A stretch of DNA of 64,000 bases from positions 130,696,001 through 130,760,000 of the forward strand of contig NC_086101.1 in the NCBI RefSeq assembly GCF_963921235.1. Reading direction: 5' to 3'. Both the position numbers and the translations under genes were made by a program. Below are positions 36,228 to 47,932 of this stretch, piece by piece. This DNA comes from Mobula hypostoma (taxonomy: Eukaryota). Position 1 is the stretch's first letter. Every line of letters begins with the position of its first letter. The notes below the pieces were generated by a model that was not told the origin of the DNA, made no database searches, and saw nothing but the letters and a program-made list of their open reading frames with translations.

Positions 36228-37510
36228 AGCCTACTGACTCTCACAGCTATCTGGATTATTCCTCTTTTCACCCTGTCTCTTGCAAAAACGCCATCCCCTT
36301 CTCGCAATTCCTCCGTCTCCGCCGCATCTGCTCTCAGGATGAGGTTTTTCATTCTAGGACGACGGAGATGTCTTCCTTTTTTAAAGGAAGGGGCTTCTCT
36401 TCCTCCACTATCAACTCTGCTCTTAAACGCATCTCCCCCATTTCACGTACATCTGCTCTCACTCCATCCTCCCACCACCCCACTAGGAATAGGGTTCCCC
36501 TGGTCCTCACCTACCACCCCACCAGCCTCCGGGTCCAACATATTATTCTCCGTAACTTCCGCCACCTCCAACGGGATCCCACCACTAAGCACATCTTTCC
36601 CTCCCCCCCTCTCTCTGCATTCCGCAGGGATCGCTCCCTACGCAACTCCCTTGTCCATTCGTTCCCCCCCCCCATCCCTCCCCACTGATCTCCCTACTGG
36701 CACTTATCCGTGTAAGCGGAACAAGTGCTACACATGCCCTTACACTTCCTCCCTTACCACCATTCAGGGCCCTAAACAGTCCTTCCAGGTGAGGCAACAC
36801 TTCACCTGTGAGTCGACTGGGGTGATATACTGTGTCCGGTGCTCCCGATGTGGCCTTTCATATATTGGCGAGACCCGACGCAGACTGGGAGACCGTTTTG
36901 CTGAACATCTACGCTCTGTCCGCCAGAGAAAGCAGGATCTCCCAGTGGCCACACATTTTAATTCCACATCCCATTCCCATTCTGACATGTCTATCCACGG
37001 CCTCCTCTACTGTAAAGATGAAGCCACACTCAGGTTGGAGGAACAACACCTTATATTCTGTCTGGGTAGCCTCCAACCTGATGGCATGAACATCGACTTC
37101 TCTAACTTCCGCTAAGGCCCCACCTCCCCCTCGTACCCCATCTGTTACTTATTTTTATGCACACATTCTTTCTCTCACTCTCCTTTTTCTCCCTCTGTCC
37201 CTCTGAATATACCTCTTGCCCATCCTCTGAGTCCCGTCCCCCCCCCCCGTCTTTCTTCCCGGACCTCCTGTCCCATGATCCTCTCGTATCCCCTTTTGCC
37301 TATCACCTGTCCAGCTCTTGGCTCTATCCCTCCCCCTCCTGTCTTCTCCTATCATTTTGCATCTCCCCCTCCCCCTCCAGCTTTCAAATCCCCTACTCAC
37401 TCTTCCTTCAGTTAGTCCTGACGAAGGGTCTCGGCCTGAAACGTTGACTGCACCTCTTCCTACAGATGCTGCCTGGCCTGCTGCGTTCACCAGCAACTTT
37501 GATGTGTGTT
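36228..37510 (+). mobile_element. Penelope-like element, 5'-truncated
   Basis: RT thumb, CxxC and GIY-YIG (GVIYCVRCSRCGLSYIGETRRRLGDRFAEH) ending 37115; exact 12-bp TSD actttgaattta. Confidence 0.92.
37413..37450 (+). ncRNA. Minimal type I hammerhead ribozyme, intact
   Basis: UAGUC-CUGACGA-AGGGUCUCGGCCU-GAAAC-GUU-GACUG; stem I fully paired. Confidence 0.8.
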
Positions 37511-38172
37511 ACTTTGAATTTATAGTGGATTACATGTTCAAATGACTAAAGTTGCATAAAAAGTTAGTGGGATGAGTGACAAGGCTTGGTCATATAATAA
37601 GTTTTCTGAGGGGTCTGAAGGGAGGAGAGTGCTAAGCAGCTGTAGAGGTTTAAGAAGGCAATTTCAGAGCTCAGGATTTGGCAGCTTAAAGCACAGGTGA
37701 TGATGGTGAAAAGAACAAAATTCAGCGATGCAAAAGGAAGCTATGACTGGAGAAGTACAGAAAGGGCTGCAGAGCTGCCAGGATTACAGAGATAAGGACA
37801 AGGAGGGATTTGAGAACAAGGCTGAGAACTTCAGATTTAACTCAGTTTTATTTCAGTTTGTCCTTTTTTGATCCTTTAATTATCTTGCAAACCATTTGGC
37901 TTAATTCTACCTTCACAGTTTGCTGATACTGACTAGCTGCTACTCTCATGTTTCAAATCTATGTACATGTAGTTCTCTAGAACGTAGTCACATATGTTTT
38001 CAAGAAACCTTATGTTATATAATGTGTCCATACAAAACAAATTACAGTTGTCTTCAAAGCACTATTTTCAGTAGGTTATTGTAATTGGCTATAACCAATG
38101 TGGCCAATGTAATGCAAATAGAATTGCCTAATCCACCAGTGGAATTCTAACCAATTGACATTATAGACACGG

Positions 38173-38205
38173 GCACGCGTGCGCGCGCGCGCACACACAC
38201 TCACA

Positions 38206-38249
<44 letters not shown>
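38173..38249. repeat. (GC)n(AC)n microsatellite
   Basis: Near-continuous alternating purine-pyrimidine tract. Confidence 0.95.
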
Positions 38250-38251
<2 letters not shown>

Positions 38252-39009
38252 TATACCAAAACCTGTAAGCATTGTAGATAATTTAACTGATATTTTACTC
38301 ATTGAAGCAAACTGTAGGTGCTTTCTTCACAAGCTAGAGAGCACAGGCTTCTTTTTCTCATTCTTAAACCTTTGTTACTAAAGTAAACTTATGTAAATCT
38401 TGGAGATACTGAGTCTCGATAAAGGGACTTGGCCCAAAACGTTGACTCTTTATTCCTTTCCATAGATGCTGTCTTACCTTTTGAGTTCCCTCATCATTTT
38501 GTGTGTGTGCTACTTTGTTGTTAAGAATTACTTACCTGAACATTGTGACTGCAGATTCCTCTGGTTTATATTCTGTCAATTCAGGTATAGAGTATGCTTA
38601 AGCTTTTACTGTCCTTTCGGAAAAACATTCTGCTTTGTATGGGCAGTTTCCTAGAGCATCAGCCCGCTCTGTTGTAATTGCTCCACAATAGTGGCTGCAT
38701 GTTACACTCTGAAATGTAGTTTCATGGAAGTCAACAGAAGTGCAGTCGGGAAGGGAAATGGATTGTGCTGCCTTTACAACTCTATTTATTTGTTGCCACT
38801 GACCAAGGATGACTATATAGACATAGAGGTGCTTCAAGATGGTTTTCAATATCATCCTGAGTTATTTTCAGGCCAGGTTACTTGTAGTCAGTATGTGTCA
38901 CTCAATTATTATTGCTCCTGAACAGCACAATATATTAATCAGTGGAAAATATTCATATCTTATCCATCTATTAGATAAATACCAAATCAAAAGATTTGGG
39001 TTTGCAATT

Positions 39010-40520
39010 ACTCATTAAACACCCGAATAATCATATTGTCAAATTTGCTGAATATACAGCTGTGGAGGGGCTCATTAACAACAATGATGAGATTGCCTAC
39101 AGAGAGGAGGTGGAAGTGCTTGAGGACTGGTGACAGGCAAATAACCTCTTCCTCAATGTCAACAAGACAAAGGAGATGGTTATCGAATTCAGGAGAATTC
39201 ACACCCCTATTTACATAGGCAGCATGGCAGTGGAAATTGCAAGCAGTTTCAAACTTCTGGGAGCGCACATCTCGCACAACCTCTCATGGTCCCAAACCAC
39301 ATTCTACAAATCAGGAAAGCTCACTTTCTGAGGAGATTGAAGAGAGCTGAGGAGATTGAAGAGAGCTGGACTATACATATCTATACTAACGTCATTCTAC
39401 AGGTGCATAGTAAAGAGTATAGTTACGTGCTGTGTCACTGCATAGTGCGGAAAATACACTGCAGTGGGCAGGGAGGGTCTACAGTCAGTGCTTTTGCTAC
39501 TGCAAGAAGAGAGGGAGAGGGTCAATGCTTCTATACAGGATATTAAAAGGAATAGATAGAGTGGATAGCCAGCGCCTCTTCCCCAGGGCAGCACTGCTCA
39601 ATACAAGAGGACATGGCTTTAAGGTAAGGGGTGGGAAGTTCAAGGGGGATATTAGAGGGAGGTTTTTTACTCAGAGAGCGGTTGATGCGTGGAATGCACT
39701 GCCTGAGTCAGTGGTGGAAGCAGATAAACTAGTGAAATTTAAGAGGCTGTTAGACAGGTATATGGAGGAATTTAAGGTGGGGAGTTATATGGGAGGTAGG
39801 GTTTACGGGTCAGCACAACATTGTGGGCCGAAGGGTCTGTACTGTGCTGTACTATTCTATGTTCTATGTTCTGCTGAGTGTTGTGTGTGGGAGGGGAGTG
39901 CAGCTTTGGGGTTTTGATCTTTCTGTCATTCATTCTTTGTTTCGTGGCTGTCTGCTAAGAGTAAGAATTTCAGGTGTAAGCTATACGCCATTCTCCGATA
40001 TTAAATTGAACCATTTGAACAGCAGGTAGTCAAAACTGCCCAACATATCACCGGCATCAGCCTACCAGCCATCAAGGATATATATGCAGAAAGGTGCTTG
40101 AACCGAGCCAGTAGCCAGTGGCATTATAAAGGATTCCACCCACCATGCTCATGGATTGTTTATCCCATTTGCATCAGGGAGGAGGCTACATAGCATCCAT
40201 GCCAGGACCACTAGACTCAAAAGTAGCTATTTTTCCCAAACAGTAACACTGGTCAACACCTCCACCCACCAACCCACCCACTCCCCCCACCACTATTTTA
40301 TCATTTCCTGTCAGTCACCCTATGTACAAACACTCTTGTGCCTAGCATCACTTTATAGAGAGACTTTCAATGTATATAAGCTGTCTTATGTATTTATATT
40401 TACTTTTTTTTCTTACTGTGATCTTTACCTGTTTTTGTTCTGCATTGGATCCGGAACAACAATTATTTCATCCTCCTTTGCACTTGTGTTTGGAAATGAC
40501 ATTCATCAGTCTTGTCAACT
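39010..40520 (+). mobile_element. Rex1 3' fragment with nested non-autonomous piece (~39485-40020) and CR1 3' end (39518-39872)
   Basis: Rex1 LNVNKTKEM motif; CR1 TRGHGFKVRG...FFTQRAVDAWNALP and (ttctatg)n tail. Confidence 0.75.
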
Positions 40521-41483
40521 TGTCAAAAGAGAACGAAGCAGGAGCACGCTGACCCTGGTTAATGGTGTTATTCAATAAGATCATTTTGAATCATTTACCT
40601 GAGCACAACTTTCCTGCATTAACCCCATAGTCCTTGATTCCATTAATAATTGAAAGGTATCATTCTCTAAAGAAAACAGTGATCCTTGGAATGCCTTACA
40701 CAAACTCAAGATGTCCTTAAGTGCTTCACAGTCAAGTATGTATAGTATTGAGGGAAACAGTGTTTTCAAGGTGCAGAGAGCAAAGTCTGCAATGAGAAAT
40801 ATGATATTGACTTGATAATCCCCTTTTTGTTGAGCCAAGGTCGCTCATTTTCACCTAGTCATTGGGAAGAACTTCAAATAATGCTTAATGATATTAAATT
40901 TTGATACTAATGCTACATTTTGGGCTTGCATCTGGAGTGGCATCCTGTTTCAGAGATGTAGGAGGACTTTTACAATTTTTTTGGCTGCCTCCTCTAATTT
41001 TCCTGGTGTGTTTGGTATCCCCTGAAAAGCCTAAACTAATTGGACTGAGAATTTTAATCATGCTCGTCTACTAGCAAATTTTAAATTAAAAAGAAAAAAC
41101 ATGCTTTTCTGGTCTGAAATTTTACAATCAATTGTGTCAAATTCTATGCAATGCTCATATTGGTTAATGCCAACTCAGGCCTCAGGTGTCATAACTCTTG
41201 TAGAGTTTGACACTGGAGTTCAGAGGACACCATTAAAGCTGCAATGAGTAGCAGAGAGTTCTCCTCAGCGTCAGATGATGTTGAATTGGAATCATTAAAT
41301 AAATGAACAGCAAGAACTGCCATCCAGGAGATTTCACATCCCAGCTGGGAGTGTGAGAAAGAGGGTGGGGGGGGTGAAAGAGTGGGCTGAGAGGTAGAAC
41401 AGGTGAGAGAGAGAAAGAATCAAATAGCCTATCCACAGGGCTGTGGAACTTTGGAACCCCAAAGGTGAGCTCGTCTTCTAGGC

Positions 41484-41943
41484 CAGTGGTCCCCATCCAC
41501 CGGGCTGCAAAGCATGTGCTACAGGGCCGCGAGGAAACGGTATAATTTGGCGATATGGAATATGAGTCAGCTGCACCTTTCCTCATTCCCTGTCATGCAC
41601 TGTTGAACTTGAACGCACGCGAGGTCATCAGTGACCCAAGACGTGCAAAGGAATGGGTCTGTGACCCTGTTGTAAATGTCCCTGGTGAATCAACCATATC
41701 AGCACAGAAAAAAAGGTCAACTCCTTGAGCTTGCAAATGCTGGTGGGCTGAAAAATATGTTTGACATAACATCTCTGCTGGCATTCTGGATCATAGTCAA
41801 GGCTGAATATCCTGAGATAGCCATGAAAGCACTGAAAACATTTCTTCCATTTCCAACATCATATCGCTGTGAAGCGGAGTTTTCTGCAATGAATGCAATG
41901 AAAACTAAATTGTGGAATAGACTGGACATGAGGAACCCCCTTA
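41484..41943 (+). mobile_element. hAT Charlie/Buster-type transposon remnant (left TIR plus C-terminal dimerisation domain)
   Basis: ttctaggc target then CAGTGGTCCCCA TIR; FWIIVKAEYPEIAMKALKTFLPFPTSYRCEAEFSAM; right end missing. Confidence 0.85.
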
Positions 41944-43499
41944 TGGGGTGGCTCAGAAGAGTAGGGAAAGGAAGAGGGTGGCAGCAGTGATAGGGGACTC
42001 TATAGTTAGGGGGTCAGACAGGCGATTCTGTGGACGCAGGAAAGAAGCATGGATGGTAGTTTGCCTTCCAGGTGCCAGGGTCTGGGATGTTTCTGATTGT
42101 GTCCACAATATCCTGAAGTGGGAAGGAGAACAGCCAGAGGTCATGGTACATATTGGTACCAACAACACAGGCAGGAAAAGGGAGGAGGTCCTGAAAGCAG
42201 ACTACAGGAAGTTAGGAAGGAAGTTGAGAAGCAGAACCACAAAGGTAGTAATCTCGGGATTACTGCCTGTGCCACGTGACAGTGAGTATAGGAATAGAGT
42301 GAGGTGGAGGATAGATGTGTGGCTGAGGGATTGGAGCAGGGGGATGGGATTCAGAATTCTGGATCATTGGGACCTCTTTTGGGGCGGGAATAACCTGTAC
42401 AAAAAGGACGGGTTGCACTTGAATCCCAGGGGACCAATATCCTAGGGGTCAGGTTTGCTAAGGCTATTGAGGAGAGTTTAAGCGAGGATTGCTGGGGAAC
42501 TGAACTGAAGAGACAGAGGAAGAAGCAGTTGGCTCTTAAGTCAAGAAAGCTTGGAGACGATGTGAGAGGGAGAATAGGTAGGTGATAGAGAAGGGATGCG
42601 CTCAGACCGATGGTTTGAGAGAGATGTGTCTATTTTAATGCAAGGAGTATTATGAACAAAGCAAATGAGCTTAGAGCGTGGATCAGTACTTCGAGCTATG
42701 ATGTTGTGGCCATTACAGAGACTTGGATGGCTCAGGGGCAGGAATAGTTACTTTGTGTGCCAGGCTTTAGATATTTCAGAAAGGATAGAGAGGGAGGCAA
42801 AAGAAGCGGGAGCATGGCACTGTTGATCGGAGATCATGTAACGGCTGCAGAAAAGGAGGAAGTTATGGAGGAGTTGTCTACGGAGTTTCTGTGGGTGGAA
42901 GTTAGGAATAGGAAGGGGTATATAACATTGCTGGGTGTTTTTTATAGATCACCCAATAGTAACAGGGACATCAAGGAGCAGATAGAGAGACAGATTCTGG
43001 AAAGGTGTAATAAAAGGTGGGAGGAGAAGACGGCAGTGCACCGCGAGTGCGCAGCTCTCCGGTGAAAAATGATGTCGTATCTGTTAAATAGGGGCCGTGG
43101 ACAATTCTGATTTGATGGAGAATGGACGTGAAAGCACAGAGGAACATCTGGAAAAATTTCTGAAACGCCCGTCCACTGCTGTCGTTACTGTGTGGTCGGG
43201 AATCTTTCAGAGAATAGGCCTCAAAATCCCCAGCCTTGCCTGCTTTTGGCGACCGAGAAGGAGGTCGAATCATTCAGCAGAGATGCCGCTCAGTACTCGG
43301 TGTCGGAGAGCTGATCAGAGCTTGAAGTTTTCGGATGACTCAGAGTCGAATTGTGGTCAGCATGGCAGGGAGAGTTTTTCTTTCTTTTCCCGTCTGCGTG
43401 AGATGAGGGACATTTGAGAAATTTTGAACTTTACTGTGCTTACGGACTTGCTTCATCAAGTTATGGTATTGTTACACTGTTTGTAACTATATGTATAAT

Positions 43500-44062
43500 A
43501 GGAAGTATGGGGTGTCAGGGAGGGGTACCACCTCTGGTGGGAGAACATGTCGCGTCCTTTTCAAAGCGGTTAGTCCACCTTTGGTCCCCACCTGGCACTC
43601 AGCTCTCACCTGTGGCTCCCCGTAGCTGTTTGCATGCGACAGCGGCCACACCCCGGGCAACGGCTTCGACAAGCCGGCTAAACCAGGTGAGGGTAGCCGA
43701 CGGGTCTCAAACCCTCGGTGAGATAGGGAGTTGTCTATCCCAGCATGTGAAGCCAGACTCCGGCCGATGGAGCGGACGAGACCAATGGAAGGTCCAACAG
43801 TCAAGAAGGCGGTCTCTGCAAGCGTCGTGGAACGTGTAGAGCAGGACAAGACACAGAAGACATCCTGGTCATCCACTGCGCCTAGTCCCATCTCCAGCCG
43901 TCTAGACTCTGTCTTGCCACTGGATCCAGATGGGAATTGGGAAGAGAGAGTGAGGCTGACGCTGCGCAACTCTCCCTCACTTAAATCCAAATCATGCGCT
44001 AGTCTCGACACCATCATTATGGTGTCGAGGTCCTCATCGACGTCAATGATGGACGAACATAG
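43500..44062 (+). mobile_element. Non-autonomous RTE-like element with 5' HDV-like ribozyme
   Basis: Absent from homologue 7139-7709; TSD-like atatgtataat/atatgattaat; CpG-rich; no transposon ORF. Confidence 0.75.
43509..43694 (+). ncRNA. HDV-like self-cleaving ribozyme
   Basis: P1 GGGGUGU/ACACCCC; P2 GCUCUCACCUG/CAGGUGAGGGU; P3 GGC/GCC; L3 UCCCCGU; GG-GCAA; P4 CGGCUU/AAGCCG; J4/2 GCUAA. Confidence 0.85.
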
Positions 44063-45971
44063 ATATGATTAATTATGTGGTTTTGTCAGTTTTTTCAGTC
44101 TTGGTTTGTCCTGTGTTTTGTGATATCACACCGGAGGAAATAATGTATCATTTCTTAATGCATGTATTACTAAATGACAATAAAAGGGGACTACGTGTCT
44201 TCATAATCTAATAACAGGGTTGTTGTGGTAGGAGATTTTAATTTCCCAAATATTGATTGGCATGTCTCTAGAGCGAGGGGTTTAGATGGGGTAGAGTTTG
44301 TTAGGTGTGTTCAAGAAAGTTTCTTGACACAATATGTAGATAATTCTTCAAGAGGAGAGGCTGTACTTGATCTGGTATTGGGAAATGAACCTGGTCAGGT
44401 GTCAGATCTCCCAGTGGAAGAGCATTTTGGAGATAGTGATCATAATTCTACCTCCTTTACCATAGCATTGGAGAGGGATAGGAACAGACAAGTTAGGAAA
44501 GTGTTTAATTGGAATAAGGGGAGATATGAGGCTATCAGGCAAGAATTTGGAAGCATAAATTGGGAACAGATGTTCTCAAGGAAAAGTACAGAAGAGATGT
44601 GGCAAATGTTCAGGGGATATTTGCGTGGAGTTCTGCATAGGTACTGTACGTTCCAATGAGACAGGGAAAGGATGGTAGAGTACAAAGGATGGTGTACAAA
44701 GGCTGTTGTAAATCTAATCAAGAAGAAAAGAGGAGCTTACCAAAGGTTCAAAAAACTAGGTAATGAGAGAGATCTAGAAGATTATAAGGCTAGCAAGAAG
44801 GAGCTCAAAAAAGAAAATAGGAGAGCCAGAAGGGGCCATGAGAAGGCCATGGCAAACAGGATTAAGGAAAATCCCAAGGCATTCTACGAGTATGTGAAGA
44901 GCAAGAGGATAAGATGTGACATAATAGGACCAATCAAGTGTGACAATGGAAAAGTGTGTATGGATCCAGAGGAGATAGCAGATGTATTTAATGAGTACTT
45001 TGCTTCAGTATTCACTACAGAAAAGGATCTTGGCGATTGTAGGGATGACTTGCAGTGGACTGAAAAGCTTGAGCATGTAGATATTAAGAAAGAGGATGTA
45101 CTGGAACTTCTGGAAAGCATCAAGTTGGATAAGTCACTGGGACCAGATGAGATGTGCCCCAGGTTACTGTGGGAGGTGAGGGAAGAGATTGCTGAGCCTC
45201 TGGCAATGATCTTTGCATCATCAGTGGGGAAGGGGAGGTTCTGGAAAATTGGAGGATTGTGGATGTTTTTCCATTATTCAAGAAAGGGAGTAGAGATAGC
45301 GCAGGAAATTATAGACCAGTGCGTCTTACTTCAGTGGTTGGTCAGCATGGCTTTGTGAAAGGCAAGTCGTGCCTTACAAGCCTGATTGAATTTTTTGAGG
45401 ATGTGACTGAACACATTGATGAAGGTAGAGCAGTAGATGTAGTGTATATGGATTTCAGCAAGGCAACTGATAAGGTACCCCATGAAAGGCTTACTGAGAA
45501 AGTAAGGAGGCATGGGATCTGAGGGGATATTACTTTGTGGATCCAGAAATGGCTTGCCCACAGAAGGCAAAGTGTGGTTGTAAATGGGTTGTATTCCGCA
45601 TGGAGGTCAGTGACCAGTGGTGTGCCTCAGGTATCTGTTCTGGGACCCAAACTCTTTTTGATTTTTATAAGTGACCTGGATGAAGATGTGGAGGGATGGG
45701 TTAGTAAATTTGCTGATGACACAAAGGTTGGAGGTGTTGGGGATAGTAGCATTTAATGTGAGAGGCACACTTTTTATGCAGAGATTAAGGGTGCCTGGAA
45801 TGTGCACCTGGGGTGGTTGTAGGGGAAGATACATGAGGGACTTTTAAGAGAGGCTTGGATAGGCACCTGAATGTGTGGAAAATGGAGGGATATGGACATT
45901 GTGTAGGCATAAGGGATTAATTTAGTGGACATTTGATTATTATTTATTTGGTTCAGCACAACATTGTGGAC

Positions 45972-46172
45972 TGTGGTGATATCAGGTGCAATGATGTGCC
46001 AGTAGATGATTGGACAGAGCACTGAGCATGCGCGGGGCTTGCCGGTATGTTCCAGCACATGGCGTGATTAAGACGTGTTTGTTTATTACTGTAAATAAAA
46101 GTTCTCTAATTCTTCCAGAATATGATTCTTTACTGTTAACCCATGGTACGCTAAAATAGAAGAAGTACAACA
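45972..46172 (+). repeat. 5' LTR
   Basis: TG...CA; 13 differences in 201 bp from the 3' LTR by eye. Confidence 0.95.
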
Positions 46173-46187
46173 TGGTGTCAGGAGTGG
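46173..46187 (+). promoter_or_regulatory. Primer binding site, tRNA-Leu
   Basis: TGGTGTCAGGAGTGG, complementary to the 3' end of vertebrate tRNA-Leu(CAG) (CCACUCCUGACACCA). Confidence 0.9.
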
Positions 46188-46276
46188 TTCTGGAACAATA
46201 ATACGGGAGAATCGAGAATCAAGAATTGAAGATAATCAAAAAAAAGAGGAATAAATTTCGAACTGCAAACGGTAAT

Positions 46277-47106
46277 ATGGAAGGTTTACTACCGCCACCA
46301 AAACTTCAGCTGACTGGGAACATAGAGGAGAATTGGAGGATCTTCGAGCAACAGTTTGAACTGTACTTATCGGCAATCGATTATGAAGAGAAATGAAAAA
46401 AAACAAAGCTGCACTTTTGCTCCATGTAATCAGAAATGACGCAGTAGAGGTATACAATAATTTTGTCTTTGAAGATGGAGATAATTTCAATTTGAAGTCA
46501 ATAATGGACAGATTTGAAGTATTTTGTACACCTAAGTGTAATGTAACGTCTGAACGAAATAAATTCTTCACATGTGAGCAAAGAGCTATTGAAACAATTC
46601 ATCAGTATGTTACTGAATTAAGAAAGCATAGTAGAACATGCGAGTTTGGATTGCTCACGGATTCTCTGATTAAAGATAAGAATAGTTTGTGGCATTCGTG
46701 ATAATGCTCTAAGAGAAAGGCTGTTGAAAGAGCAAGATTTAAATTTTGAAAAAGCTTTCGCACTCTACGAAGCTTCTGAGACTGTGAAGTTGCATGCTGA
46801 AGAGCTTTTTGTTGAAAACTGCAATGTAACCACTGTAAAAAAAGCGCGAATATATCAAGAAATATAATATTACGTCGACAAAACCGATGGTGAGCAAGAT
46901 GGCATTTGAAAACATAGTCATGTGATCGCTGTGCGCGGGAACACCATCCTAATCAGTGTTTCACATATGGCAAAATTTGCTACAACTGTGGTAAGATTAA
47001 TCATTTTTCATGCTGCTGTAGAAATAGAAAGAAGGAAAATAAAATGAAACAAGTAAATGCAGTGATTGAAGATGAACGAGAGGAATTTTATATAGATGCT
47101 CTTTGT
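46277..47106 (+). pseudogene. gag (capsid plus two zinc knuckles), frameshifted
   Basis: MEGLLPPPKLQLTGNIEENWRIFEQQFELYL...ERNKFF...YVTELR...CEFG...CDRCAREH...CYNCGKINHFSCCC. Confidence 0.9.
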
Positions 47107-47303
47107 GCAAATGCTGACATGGAGAGTATAAAAGCAGTAACTGCAGTGTCTGAGACGACCAAACAGGAGGCAATTGATGATGTGAAAAAGCAGTGGCAGG
47201 AAGAGACTGCTTCAATGCAAGCGATAATGAGTCGCTGAGAGAATATGAGATTCAGTTTAATCACCGTCTAGAGCAAGAACGCTCACAGCGGGCACAGTAT
47301 AAG
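47107..47303 (+). pseudogene. RABEP1: Captured fragment of Rabaptin-5 N-terminal coiled coil
   Basis: ADMESIKAVTAVSETTKQEAIDDVKKQWQEETASMQAIM / SLREYEIQFNHRLEQERSQRAQYK vs recalled human AEMENIKAIATVSENTKQEAIDEVKRQWREEVASLQAVM / TVRDYEHQFHLRLEQERTQWAQYR. Confidence 0.88.
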
Positions 47304-47469
47304 CAAGAAGTGAAAGCACATAATGGAATTGAGAAGTTTTATTGAAATGATGAAGTCTCAGCATAAAAAAGAGATTACATAGTTAATGAATAAGTTAGAT
47401 GAAGAAAAGAAGATTAGTACTTCATTAAAAATAGAAGTGAAAGGATTTAGGAAAGATCTAGTCCAAACA
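47304..47469 (+). pseudogene. SH3KBP1: Captured C-terminal coiled coil of CIN85/CD2AP family
   Basis: ELRSFIEMMKSQHKKEIT*LMNKLDEEKKISTSLKIEVKGFRKDL vs recalled human CIN85 [45 protein letters not shown]; CD2AP origin not excluded. Confidence 0.75.
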
Positions 47470-47919
47470 GAAGCAGGGAAACAGATTGCTGAGGAGGATA
47501 GCGTGAACTGCTTACCTGAAATTCCAGATTCTAACCTGGAGACATGTGAGAGTGTACCAAAAAGTTTAATTGAGATACATAAAGAAAAGCTTAAAGTAGG
47601 AAAGAAGAAGAAAAAGAAGAAGCAGAAGAAGAGTATGGCTCAGACAGCGATGAGCCAACTTCAGAGTTTCCGTTAGCTGATTTGTTTATTGGTTAATGTT
47701 GTTATTTGTTTTTTTTAAGGGAAAGAAAATGTGATTCTTCAGAGATTCATTTAACTGATACAGATGAGACAAAACATGTAAATAATAACAAGGAAACACA
47801 AGATATGTGTGTACCACTTAGGAGGTCTACTTGTGTTCATAAACCCACAGAGAGACTGATTGAGACTTGTTGAATTATGTCTTTGCTTTGATTAATGTTG
47901 TTATTTATTTTTTCTTTTT

Positions 47920-47932
47920 AAGGAAGGGAAGA
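47920..47932 (+). promoter_or_regulatory. Polypurine tract
   Basis: aaggaagggaaga immediately before the 3' LTR. Confidence 0.9.

Larger units (their letters stand above)
43014..44208 (+). mobile_element. Apparently full-length non-autonomous Rex1-tailed element (~620 bp excluding its insert)
   Basis: TSD taataa; head gagaagacggcag; tail atgacaataaa...cataatc; homologous to 7139-7709. Confidence 0.8.

Noticed and set aside
41948-42445. Stand-alone SGNH esterase gene
   Set aside because: Known ORF1 domain of CR1-group LINEs, directly upstream of EN/RT
43487-44072. ORFs of 113-176 aa in the RTE-like insert
   Set aside because: GC-rich structured non-coding element; no protein motifs
47044-47676. 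Genuine host RABEP1 or SH3KBP1 exons
   Set aside because: Enclosed between two LTRs, fused to gag, no splice sites at the junctions, and disrupted by indels and a stop
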